A program made the translations under genes and the position numbers. A DNA stretch of 55,686 bases, from NCBI GenBank assembly GCA_016203445.1, contig JACQMS010000006.1:1-55686 (forward strand), in the 5' to 3' direction. The notes under the pieces are model-generated. The model made no database searches, was not told the DNA's origin, and saw only the letters and a program-made list of their open reading frames with translations. Below, piece by piece: positions 47,751-55,686 of this stretch (positions within the stretch are counted from its first letter, which is position 1; the number at the start of each line of letters is the position of its first letter). This stretch comes from Candidatus Woesearchaeota archaeon. Its GTDB lineage: Archaea; Nanobdellota; Nanobdellia; Woesearchaeales; ARS49.

Positions 47751-50700
47751 CTAATAATCGTCACGGCCATACTTTCTGAACACTAAATACGCTACTAGTA
47801 TCAGCAATGCAATTGTTTGAGCAACTACCAACCCTACGAGTGTTGTAGGAGCTTCAATATCTGTTGAAAACCATCCAGTAATCCAGTCAAAAAAGCCCTT
47901 ACTTTCTCTTGATACAACTATAGCAATATTTTGAGTAGAACTCTTACCATTACTGCCTGTAACTGTTATTTCCCACAACGCGCTGCCAACATTAGAATTT
48001 GAAGCAGTCAGAGTAGCAATACCTGTACTTTCATCAAGAACTATGCTTACAACATCACTGCCGCTCTTCAAATTTCCAACAATTTTTGTTACAGTAACGC
48101 CTGTAGGAAGAGTTACATAATCTTTCAACCTTAAAACTCCAGACTCTCCACTCTTCAGGTTAACAGTTGTAAAAGTTGAAACCCACGCTGGAGGATCTTG
48201 AGAAACTATGGGACCTTCTCTAACAAGCCTGAATGATAATTGTGCGACAGCAGTTCCTGAAACTGATTGTACTGTAACAACAAAGTCTTCCTGACCATTA
48301 TCATCAAGATCGAACAATGCGTTTTCTCCAACAGCTATTATTTTTGTTTGAGGAGAACTCTCAACAGTAACAGTGACCAATTCACCAGCGATACTGTCAA
48401 GAGTAACCTTGTGCTGAGCGCCATTATAGCTAAATCTGGCACTAGACTTTACAGACATTACTTGAACAGTAGTACCATCAAGGCTAACAGTTACAGAGTA
48501 AACAGGAGGGCCAGTAACAACACTTCCACCTGACGAACCGCCGCCACTAGAACCACCACCGCCTCCACCGCCTGAGGAGCCTCCGCTAGTACTAGGAGTT
48601 GAAACAATAACAGTTAAAGACACAGTATTTGAAACACCAAACCTGTCAGTAACAGTTAAAGTTACGGTCTTAGAACCTGCAGTATTAAAAGAGTGAGAAA
48701 CTCTCACACCGGTCTTTACACTACCATCAATATTCCAAGAGTATGAAACTGCATCAGTACTAGTTGAAGCATCAAAGTTTACTGTATCACCAATATTAAC
48801 AGAAGTTCTGTCGGCTGAAGCTCTGGCTACTAGAGCGCTTACGAGTTCTGACAACAATTTAGGGCCGCCGCTTATTCCGACCTCGTAGAAAGTTCCATCA
48901 GATTTTCTCAACTTTCCAGATTTAAGAGTGTTGTCTTCTATAAGAGCGCGGGCTCCCTGAGTTCCTACAACAACAGCATTATTAACAGTACTTTTCTTAA
49001 CATCTGTGTAAGTCAAAAAGCTGTTCAAAACAGTAGAATCTTCGATTGTAGAATCAACCATTGTGGTAGGGTCAACAAAAGAATTCTTTATATTGCACGC
49101 ACCATTAGTTGCAGACATTCTGCCTTTGAAATCTATAAGTGTGGAATTCTCAACAGTGCACCCTTCAATATAACTGTTTCTAACAGTAGAATTTAGAACA
49201 GTGCTGCTCTCAACAATAAAGCTGTTATCAACTGTTGAGGACTTAACAGTGCTCTTAATAACATTCCAAAAATTTTTAAGATTTGAATCTTCAACCAGAG
49301 ATTCTATAATATTAGTAAAAGTTGAGCTAGTACCGTCAGATTGCTGACCGTCATTAAATTTAACATTCTTAAAAGTACTAGTACCTTCAGATACAGCAGT
49401 AATAGTGAAAGTAGCAGTGGTGCACTTGTTAGAAGCAGTGCTAGTGTCACAAACTTTTAAATTAACAACTTTCTGCTCTCCAATAGTTGCGGGAGTATAA
49501 TTAGACAGTATTCCTGTTTGGGCTCCGAGAGTAAATACTGGAGTGTCAACAAGCTTGTAAGACAATAATGAGTCTTCCTTATCAAAATCAGTAGCAACAA
49601 CCTGCATAGAGAAAAGTCTGTTAACATAAGACTTAACATTTAAAAGATTGTGAATAGTAGGAGCAACATTTTCTCTAGCAACAGTCACACTAAAAGAAGC
49701 AGTTGCGCTCTTGGCAAGATTACCGAACAAGTCTCTGTCCTTAACAGTACAAGTAACCATTACAGAGCCAACAAAATTGCTTGATGAATTAAGCTTCAAA
49801 GTTTTAGCAGTGTTATCAACACTAACTTCCAAATCAGACCTTTCAGAAGCGCAAGACCAAACGTTAGTTGATTGCGAATTAGGCTCTCCAGAGTCAAAAA
49901 CGTATAAAGAGTATTCGGGCTTCAAATCTATCGTTAGCGCAGTATTTCTTGTTAGTACGGCTTTCTCTTGAAGCTTCGTGAAATTCAGTACTGGAACATT
50001 ATTAAATGGAGAAACTCTTATTGTGAAAGGCGTTGAAACTGAAGACATTCCATCACTATCAGTTACAGAAACTCCCCAAGATGAGGCAGTTCCAGTCAAA
50101 GATTTTGTCGTTAAAGTTGCAAAACCAGTACTAGCATCAAAAACTACACTGACATAATTATCATTAAGATTTGACGGAACAAAACTGTAAGAACTTATTG
50201 TTGCGCCAGCGCTTAAATCATACAAGTCAGAAACGCTAAAAGAAAATTGAGAGTTAGACTCCAAATCAATAGCAGTCTTAACCCCAGACTTAAGTGTCGG
50301 ACTCTTCTTAACCGCAGTTAGAGTTACAGCAACAGTTATAGGACCAACAGTTTTTCCAGTAAGATCAGACTTCGCAGTTATTTTAACATTAACAGTTCCA
50401 ACCCTCTTATTAGTACCAACAAGCTTCAAAAAGTCGTGGTTCTCATACTTATCGCCAACTCTTACAGATTTGCTGACAAAGTTTGAAGAACCTAAATCCT
50501 GAAAAGCATCACGAGTTTCAACAGGGTCGAATTCCAGAGAGTATTTAAGAGTTGAACCATAAGGCTCTTTAAAAAGAGCAAATAAGTCAACATCAGTATT
50601 AACCCCGTTAGAACTCATAGATATCGCTGAAGCAGTAGTGCTTAACAATAATGGAGGGTGATCCTTTCTTAAAACGTTAACAGTAAAAGTTTTATCAGAA

Positions 50701-51401
50701 CTTTTAGAACCATCAGAAGCCCTAACAGTCAAGCTAACGGCCCCAACATTGTATAATACTGGCTTGCAAAACAATTTTTGTGATTCAATTTTGCACTCCA
50801 AAAAGTTCTGATGTGATAATCCTACAACGCTAAAAGACAAATCTTCCTTCTTAACCAAACCCTGAGTAACAAAATCGTCAGTTACAGAATTTGAGAGATC
50901 TAGCAATTCAGCAAAAGAGGGAGTTGCGCCAACTTCAGGCTCGTGAATATCAAAACTCGTTAAGACATTAGAATTCCAAACAGGAGCAGTGTTAATACCA
51001 AAGTATTCAATAGTAACCACTTCAGAATCAAACCAAACATCATGAGAATCTTTAACCTGAGCTTTGTACGTGTGAGTGCTTCTAGTACCATCGCTAACAA
51101 CATACCAAGTGGCTTTGCAAGAACTCTCACCGGCACTATTAGAACCTCCAAGACATGACCATAACGCGGGGCCTACAGGACTATTATATAATTGTCCATC
51201 CTCTAACAATCGCAACTCTTTCAAATCACTATTAGTGCCTCTGTCATTAGCTATGACAGTAAAAACTGCGTAGTCAGGATTCTTCTCAACAGTCATAGAA
51301 ATTACTGGATCGTAATCAACAGCTGAGGAAAATACTGGAAGCAAAAGTGCAAGAATTGCTACAAGACCAAAAATTTTTGATATTTTCATTTTAATTGCCA
51401 C
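47751..51401 (-). CDS. Large cell-surface protein (Ig/cadherin-like repeats, beta-helix-like region, PKD domain, C-terminal TM anchor)
   Basis: Signal peptide; N.AP...VRASDG Ig-like repeats; (V/I)xxS repeats; FDAS.S...YSW...G...SHSF...VTLTVTD PKD motif; Gly/Ser linker; TM plus RK tail. Confidence 0.85.
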   Translation of the reverse strand: MAIKMKISKIFGLVAILALLLPVFSSAVDYDPVISMTVEKNPDYAVFTVIANDRGTNSDLKELRLLEDGQLYNSPVGPALWSCLGGSNSAGESSCKATWYVVSDGTRSTHTYKAQVKDSHDVWFDSEVVTIEYFGINTAPVWNSNVLTSFDIHEPEVGATPSFAELLDLSNSVTDDFVTQGLVKKEDLSFSVVGLSHQNFLECKIESQKLFCKPVLYNVGAVSLTVRASDGSKSSDKTFTVNVLRKDHPPLLLSTTASAISMSSNGVNTDVDLFALFKEPYGSTLKYSLEFDPVETRDAFQDLGSSNFVSKSVRVGDKYENHDFLKLVGTNKRVGTVNVKITAKSDLTGKTVGPITVAVTLTAVKKSPTLKSGVKTAIDLESNSQFSFSVSDLYDLSAGATISSYSFVPSNLNDNYVSVVFDASTGFATLTTKSLTGTASSWGVSVTDSDGMSSVSTPFTIRVSPFNNVPVLNFTKLQEKAVLTRNTALTIDLKPEYSLYVFDSGEPNSQSTNVWSCASERSDLEVSVDNTAKTLKLNSSSNFVGSVMVTCTVKDRDLFGNLAKSATASFSVTVARENVAPTIHNLLNVKSYVNRLFSMQVVATDFDKEDSLLSYKLVDTPVFTLGAQTGILSNYTPATIGEQKVVNLKVCDTSTASNKCTTATFTITAVSEGTSTFKNVKFNDGQQSDGTSSTFTNIIESLVEDSNLKNFWNVIKSTVKSSTVDNSFIVESSTVLNSTVRNSYIEGCTVENSTLIDFKGRMSATNGACNIKNSFVDPTTMVDSTIEDSTVLNSFLTYTDVKKSTVNNAVVVGTQGARALIEDNTLKSGKLRKSDGTFYEVGISGGPKLLSELVSALVARASADRTSVNIGDTVNFDASTSTDAVSYSWNIDGSVKTGVRVSHSFNTAGSKTVTLTVTDRFGVSNTVSLTVIVSTPSTSGGSSGGGGGGGSSGGGSSGGSVVTGPPVYSVTVSLDGTTVQVMSVKSSARFSYNGAQHKVTLDSIAGELVTVTVESSPQTKIIAVGENALFDLDDNGQEDFVVTVQSVSGTAVAQLSFRLVREGPIVSQDPPAWVSTFTTVNLKSGESGVLRLKDYVTLPTGVTVTKIVGNLKSGSDVVSIVLDESTGIATLTASNSNVGSALWEITVTGSNGKSSTQNIAIVVSRESKGFFDWITGWFSTDIEAPTTLVGLVVAQTIALLILVAYLVFRKYGRDDY

Positions 51402-52968
51402 CCCAAGGAATTTCTAACTGAACATAAGCTCCATGGCTAACCTTTCCAGCATCATTAATTGCCTGCCTTGAAGGGCTTGAAGCATCGCCTGAAGGTACAG
51501 AATCATTATACCATCCGCCAACAGTTAATGATTTACCATTCTTCAAACCAAGAACAGCTTCTAAACCGGTGCGGATATCTCTACGACCTTCTAATTCTTT
51601 ACGCCTCTCAGAACCGCCAGTGAACTCATCAAGACCGTGCTCACCATTAGGGTCTGCGGAAGCGTTCAAACCAACCCTTAAGTATTTATTAAACGGAAGC
51701 AATAATTGTGTTCCAACTCTAATATTGCTATCACCAGGAATACCATCAGCGGTAAAAGAAAGAACTACTCCATCAAGACTTCTTAACAATGAGTGATTTC
51801 TTTCACGAGCAAGAGTTTCAACGAGCGAATGTCTCAAACCAATACCTTGAACAGCTTGAGATTCCTGCCAGGATGATTGAACCCTTGAAGAATCGTCTTT
51901 GTCAAAAGTAAAATTTACAGCGCCGCTAAAACCAGTGTCCGCATAGTTGGCAGTGAATCCTGCATGGTTGCCCCAAACTCCTAAACGTCCACCGCCACCA
52001 GCATTATGATCCGGAGCGCTAACATGATTTCCAGAAATACCAGTAGCTCCAATGTGAAAACCTCTCTGAGAAACATCTAAGTCATACTGCATGGCTCTGT
52101 CTTCGGGAAAAACTTTACCTTTGCCATTACTAAACAATAATCCGTTAACCATCTGCCATAAAACTCTTCCAGAAACAACTGTAGAGTTTGGATTACCAAA
52201 AGTCATTCCTAAACCATAAGTAGTCCCGTCTTCTTGAAAGTTAGAGCCTGAAAGCCTGACATCATCAATAGTAACTCCGGTAGGCATTCTAGTATGATTT
52301 TCTGTAGCAGTTGAATCTTTCTCTCTGGTCTTCCATTTACCGCCTATCAAGTTAAAAGCAAAACCTGGAGAAACCTCGTAGCCCAAATCAACAACCCATT
52401 GATCCTGATCTCTAACGTGCTGAGTTTTGTCAGTTTGAGTAGCATACTGTCCTGATTGAACAACCTCTTCCCTTCTAACCCTGACATTTCTGGAAAAAAG
52501 TCCTGTTAAAGAACCGCCGTCGAAAGGCACTGTTAAAGCACCGCTCTTCTCGTCGTGATCTAAAGTATTTGAATCCTTAAAATAGTTAGGGCCCGCGCCT
52601 TTCTCAGAATCGCTGACCTGCTCAACTCTGCCAAGAAGACCAAGATTTCCTGAATCTACAGAAACGCCGCTGTCAAAGCCGTCGGCTCCAGACCTTTTAG
52701 AATACCCGCCTAGAACCCCGCCAATATCCCTCTGGTGAGTTGCCTGTATATTATATAGTGAACGTAAAAGAGTTGGTGCTGTAGAAGAAACTGCAGAATT
52801 ATTTCTTGTAGAGGTTTCAGGAGCCTGAATTCTCTCGGCATTAGCATCTTGAGGAAGCAATGATGCCAATCCTAAAACTGCAACAGCCGCAGCTCTTTTT
52901 GCTCCAGTGTAAAAATTTGATACTGTGTTGTAGAATTCGTTGCTCGCATGGTTCATATCATATTTCAT
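51391..52968 (-). CDS. Secreted Gly-rich, beta-strand-rich hypothetical protein
   Basis: GGAGGG SD; signal-like KRAAAVAVLGLASLLPQDANA; many alternating-polarity strands; overlaps the surface-protein gene start. Confidence 0.7.
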   Translation of the reverse strand: MKYDMNHASNEFYNTVSNFYTGAKRAAAVAVLGLASLLPQDANAERIQAPETSTRNNSAVSSTAPTLLRSLYNIQATHQRDIGGVLGGYSKRSGADGFDSGVSVDSGNLGLLGRVEQVSDSEKGAGPNYFKDSNTLDHDEKSGALTVPFDGGSLTGLFSRNVRVRREEVVQSGQYATQTDKTQHVRDQDQWVVDLGYEVSPGFAFNLIGGKWKTREKDSTATENHTRMPTGVTIDDVRLSGSNFQEDGTTYGLGMTFGNPNSTVVSGRVLWQMVNGLLFSNGKGKVFPEDRAMQYDLDVSQRGFHIGATGISGNHVSAPDHNAGGGGRLGVWGNHAGFTANYADTGFSGAVNFTFDKDDSSRVQSSWQESQAVQGIGLRHSLVETLARERNHSLLRSLDGVVLSFTADGIPGDSNIRVGTQLLLPFNKYLRVGLNASADPNGEHGLDEFTGGSERRKELEGRRDIRTGLEAVLGLKNGKSLTVGGWYNDSVPSGDASSPSRQAINDAGKVSHGAYVQLEIPWGGN

Positions 52969-53159
52969 TTTTTTCCCTCCAAATCACCACACCTCTAGGC
53001 AGTAGTGACCCCACCCATATATAAATGTTTCGTTTTCTTAACTACTAGGGGGTGAAAACAGTTTGTGTCGAATTTTTACGCAACTAACAACCTCAAGAAC
53101 TATATTAGTAAAATATCCATTCATATAAATTAATTTTCTCGCTTACTAACAAAACCAAA

Positions 53160-53295
53160 ATGTCAAGAACCACTGGTCAAAGACCGATAGCATGTTGCTT
53201 AATGCAATGGTGCACAGTAGTTCTTGATCATGCTCAGAAACCGCCTTCTTGCTACGAGCGGTAGCGAGGAAAATGTGAATGGCGGGTTCTGACAT
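53160..53295. mobile_element. Double-hairpin palindromic element (MITE/REP-like)
   Basis: ATGTCAAGAAC...GTTCTTGATCATGCTCAGAAACCGCC...GGCGGGTTCTGACAT. Confidence 0.8.
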
Positions 53296-53375
53296 TTCAC
53301 AAAACAGCCAGAAATTTTTAAAACGCATTACGCATTGGTAAGGTTTAAAAAGGGGCTATTTTCCTCCAAAGGACT

Positions 53376-53945
53376 ATGGGTCTATATTCTCATATACAAG
53401 AAGCATGGAAGTCTGAAGAGCTAAACCACTTGTGGAGAGAAAGATTGATAACATGGCGTAAAGAGCCTGTAACACTAAGAATTCAATACCCAACAAGATT
53501 AGACAGGGCAAAATCACTGGGGTTCAGAGCAAAACAAGGAGTATTTATAGTAAGACAAAGAGTAATGAAAGGCGCTCACAGAAGACCGGACTGGAGCGGT
53601 GGCAGAATGTCAAGTAATATGAGGGCGACCAAAGAGTTAAGAAAAACATTCAAACTGATAGCTGAAGAAAGAGCGGGAAAAAAGTTTTCAAACTGCGAAG
53701 TATTAAACTCATACTTTGTAGCACGCGACGGAAAATATGAGTGGTACGAAGTAATACTGGCGGACAGGTCAAGCACTCAAGTATTAAGCGATAAAAGATT
53801 ATCATGGATTTCAGAACCATCAAACAGGGGCAGAGTGTTTAGAGGTTTGACAAGCGCGGGCAGAAGAATGAGAGGATTAAGGTGGAAAGGCAAAGGCTCT
53901 GAAAAGGCAAGACCAAGCAGGCGTGCTCACAAGAGACTATTATAA
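53376..53945 (+). CDS. rpl15e: 50S ribosomal protein L15e
   Basis: PTRLDRAKSLGFRAKQG, IAEERA, VLNSY, RGRVFRGLTSAG. Confidence 0.97.
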   Translation: MGLYSHIQEAWKSEELNHLWRERLITWRKEPVTLRIQYPTRLDRAKSLGFRAKQGVFIVRQRVMKGAHRRPDWSGGRMSSNMRATKELRKTFKLIAEERAGKKFSNCEVLNSYFVARDGKYEWYEVILADRSSTQVLSDKRLSWISEPSNRGRVFRGLTSAGRRMRGLRWKGKGSEKARPSRRAHKRLL

Positions 53946-53960
53946 ACAAGGTGACAAAAA

Positions 53961-54266
53961 ATGCCTTCGAGAAAAAAGAAGCAAAAAAGGAAGGTTGTTA
54001 AAAGCACTAAAAAAAAGTCAGGAAAAAAATCCATTACTGAGAAAACAATTCCGAAAAAAGCAGGAGCAGTAACAGCATCAGAACTTTTAACAGATTCAGA
54101 AAAAGATGATGATGATTGGGAAGAATTCAAACAAGAAAAGAAAAAAACGGACGATGTAAAATTCGAGGATTTAGAAGGGTTTGACTTCGAGGATGACGCG
54201 TATCACGAACCTGAAGAAAAAGACCCGGGAATTCGCGCAGAAGAAGTATTTGACGATGAACCGTGA
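53961..54266 (+). CDS. Hypothetical protein, basic N-terminus and acidic C-terminus
   Basis: AGGTGA SD; 101 aa, low complexity, downstream of rpl15e. Confidence 0.6.
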   Translation: MPSRKKKQKRKVVKSTKKKSGKKSITEKTIPKKAGAVTASELLTDSEKDDDDWEEFKQEKKKTDDVKFEDLEGFDFEDDAYHEPEEKDPGIRAEEVFDDEP

Positions 54267-54307
54267 CAAGAAGAACAGGTGCAGTTAATTTGAGTTTATT
54301 TTTGTAG

Positions 54308-55354
54308 TTATTTAATTATTTTCTGAATTTTGTTGCACAATTGATAAGTATTTGCATGCATTGCGTACGCTTTCCACCCACACAAGATTTCAAGAATAGT
54401 TTCATAACTATTGTTATTCTGTTTGTACATATCGAGAAATAAATGTATTTTTGAAAATATTTTTCTAATATTTCTTTTTCGAATCCTTTTATGATAATAA
54501 AAAATAGCGTATCCTACAAAATGTATGCCGTTCTTTAATGGAGTTATATTGCATTTTTGAGGGTGAAGTTCAAGTTTCAACGTTTTAAGAAAAGTATCAA
54601 TTTTTAATTTATATTCTTGTAACACTCTTCCTGAACGGTGCAGTATCACAAAATCATCAACATAACGAACGTAATACTTTATCTTCATAACCTGTTTGAT
54701 GAATGCATCGAGTTCGTTCAGATAAACATTTGCAAAGAACTGGCTTGTCCAATTACCAAGAGGCATCCCTTTTCCATCGCGTCCAGAGTTATAATTCTGA
54801 AGAAGTATTCTCAAGAGCCACAACAGTTCCTCATCTTTAATTTTTTTTGAAAGTATCTCGATTAGTACGTCATGATCAACAGTGTCAAAATAGTGTCTGA
54901 TATCTGCTTTGAGTACATAGCCCATAACATCATTTTTCGTTTTTGCATCTGGTCTGAGTACACCGTTTCTTGTAACTTTGTGTAAATATTTTTCTAAACG
55001 TTTCACCGCAGGCAGTGTTCCTTTGCCCCTGCGGCTTGCGTAACTATCAAAAATAAATCGTGGCTCATAAATTGGTTGTAGAACATTCACGAGAGCATGA
55101 TGTACTATCCTATCACGAAAATCACTAACACAAATGGTTCTAGTTTTTGGGTCTCTAAGAATAAAAGTTTTCATAGGTTGTGGCATATATGTTTTGTTTT
55201 TGAGTTCTAAGTGCAATCTAAATATGTTAAGGATATGATTTTTGTGAAACTCTTCAATGGCAGGAGTATTTTTGTGTCTTCTTGCATTCCAGTACGCTGT
55301 TTGTAATGATGATATACTTATGAGCTGTTTATATAATTTTTTGTACGTTTTCAT
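54308..55354 (-). CDS. Reverse transcriptase, DGR class
   Basis: PKTRTI...FRDRIVHHA, SYASRRGKG, KADIRHYF, GMPLGNWTSQFFANVYL (LG..SQ), YVRYVDDF. Confidence 0.92.
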   Translation of the reverse strand: MKTYKKLYKQLISISSLQTAYWNARRHKNTPAIEEFHKNHILNIFRLHLELKNKTYMPQPMKTFILRDPKTRTICVSDFRDRIVHHALVNVLQPIYEPRFIFDSYASRRGKGTLPAVKRLEKYLHKVTRNGVLRPDAKTKNDVMGYVLKADIRHYFDTVDHDVLIEILSKKIKDEELLWLLRILLQNYNSGRDGKGMPLGNWTSQFFANVYLNELDAFIKQVMKIKYYVRYVDDFVILHRSGRVLQEYKLKIDTFLKTLKLELHPQKCNITPLKNGIHFVGYAIFYYHKRIRKRNIRKIFSKIHLFLDMYKQNNNSYETILEILCGWKAYAMHANTYQLCNKIQKIIK

Positions 55355-55397
55355 AAACAAACCCCAAGTCCTTCTCTTTTTTTTAGAGACTGAGAGT

Positions 55398-55496
55398 TAT
55401 TCCGCAAGCCCGGCCATTGTTGTTGAAGTTGCTGTATGCATTGACATTGTTCAAGTTGTTGTTGAAGTTGTCGACACCCCCAACACGGAACAACCG
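55398..55496 (-). ncRNA. DGR template repeat (TR)
   Basis: Non-coding, just upstream of RT; reads RLFRVGGVDNFNNNLNNVNAYSNFNNNGRACGI with 11 AAY codons; ends approximate. Confidence 0.85.
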
Positions 55497-55686
55497 AGTG
55501 TGTAGCTCTGTACACTATAAATAACAATCACCGCAGTTCCAAGACTTTCACTTTACAGTTACTCGTTGTCACCGCTGAATTTTATAGCGAAGATCAAATT
55601 TGGTGCTCTCGCCATAGTGACAGAACGTGTAGCTCCCAAGGATGTTTTTATTCGCAGGTTTTGCGACAGTACATCAGGACTTAGGG

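Noticed and set aside
47751-52968. Surface proteins as DGR targets
   Set aside because: Neither contains a segment matching the TR-encoded RLFRVGGV...GRACG pattern
53146-53328. 60-aa ORF upstream of rpl15e, and likewise 38600-38845 and 2612-2794
   Set aside because: They coincide with palindromic repeat elements and have no protein-like features
54308-55354. RT as a group II intron maturase or retron
   Set aside because: LGNWTSQ rather than QG..SP, about 350 aa, no intron domain V seen, and an adjacent TR
55398-55496. AAC/GTT-rich tract as a microsatellite or Asn-rich gene
   Set aside because: Codon-phased AAY pattern directly upstream of a DGR-type RT fits a template repeat; the plus-strand ORF 55257-55505 is its antisense shadow
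55500-55686. Possible 3' end of an avd or target gene
   Set aside because: An open minus-strand frame exists but has no recognisable motif; cannot be supported from this fragment

Overview
Archaeal chromosomal segment, most likely DPANN (Woesearchaeota/Pacearchaeota-like; inferred from eS19, eL39, eL31, eL15, a Dph2-like gene, NOG1 GTPase, an intron-containing tRNA and TTTATAAA-type promoters, alongside bacterial-type grpE-dnaK-dnaJ). It has four tRNA genes (Leu-TAA, Thr-GGT with intron, Val-TAC, Pro-GGG), two toxin-antitoxin-like pairs, a ~27 kb surface-glycan island (about 16-42.7 kb; GDP-heptose pathway, many glycosyl- and methyltransferases, asnB-like amidotransferase), large secreted/surface proteins, and at the right edge a diversity-generating retroelement (RT plus AAC-rich template repeat; no target seen in the window). 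The least explained features are (1) a convergent putative ADP-ribosyltransferase / ADP-ribosylglycohydrolase pair bracketed by a 42-bp direct repeat, and (2) a family of non-coding, modular, nested hairpin elements joined at CATG junctions, with filled and empty versions of one site in the window. All calls are by eye from motifs; no searches were run.
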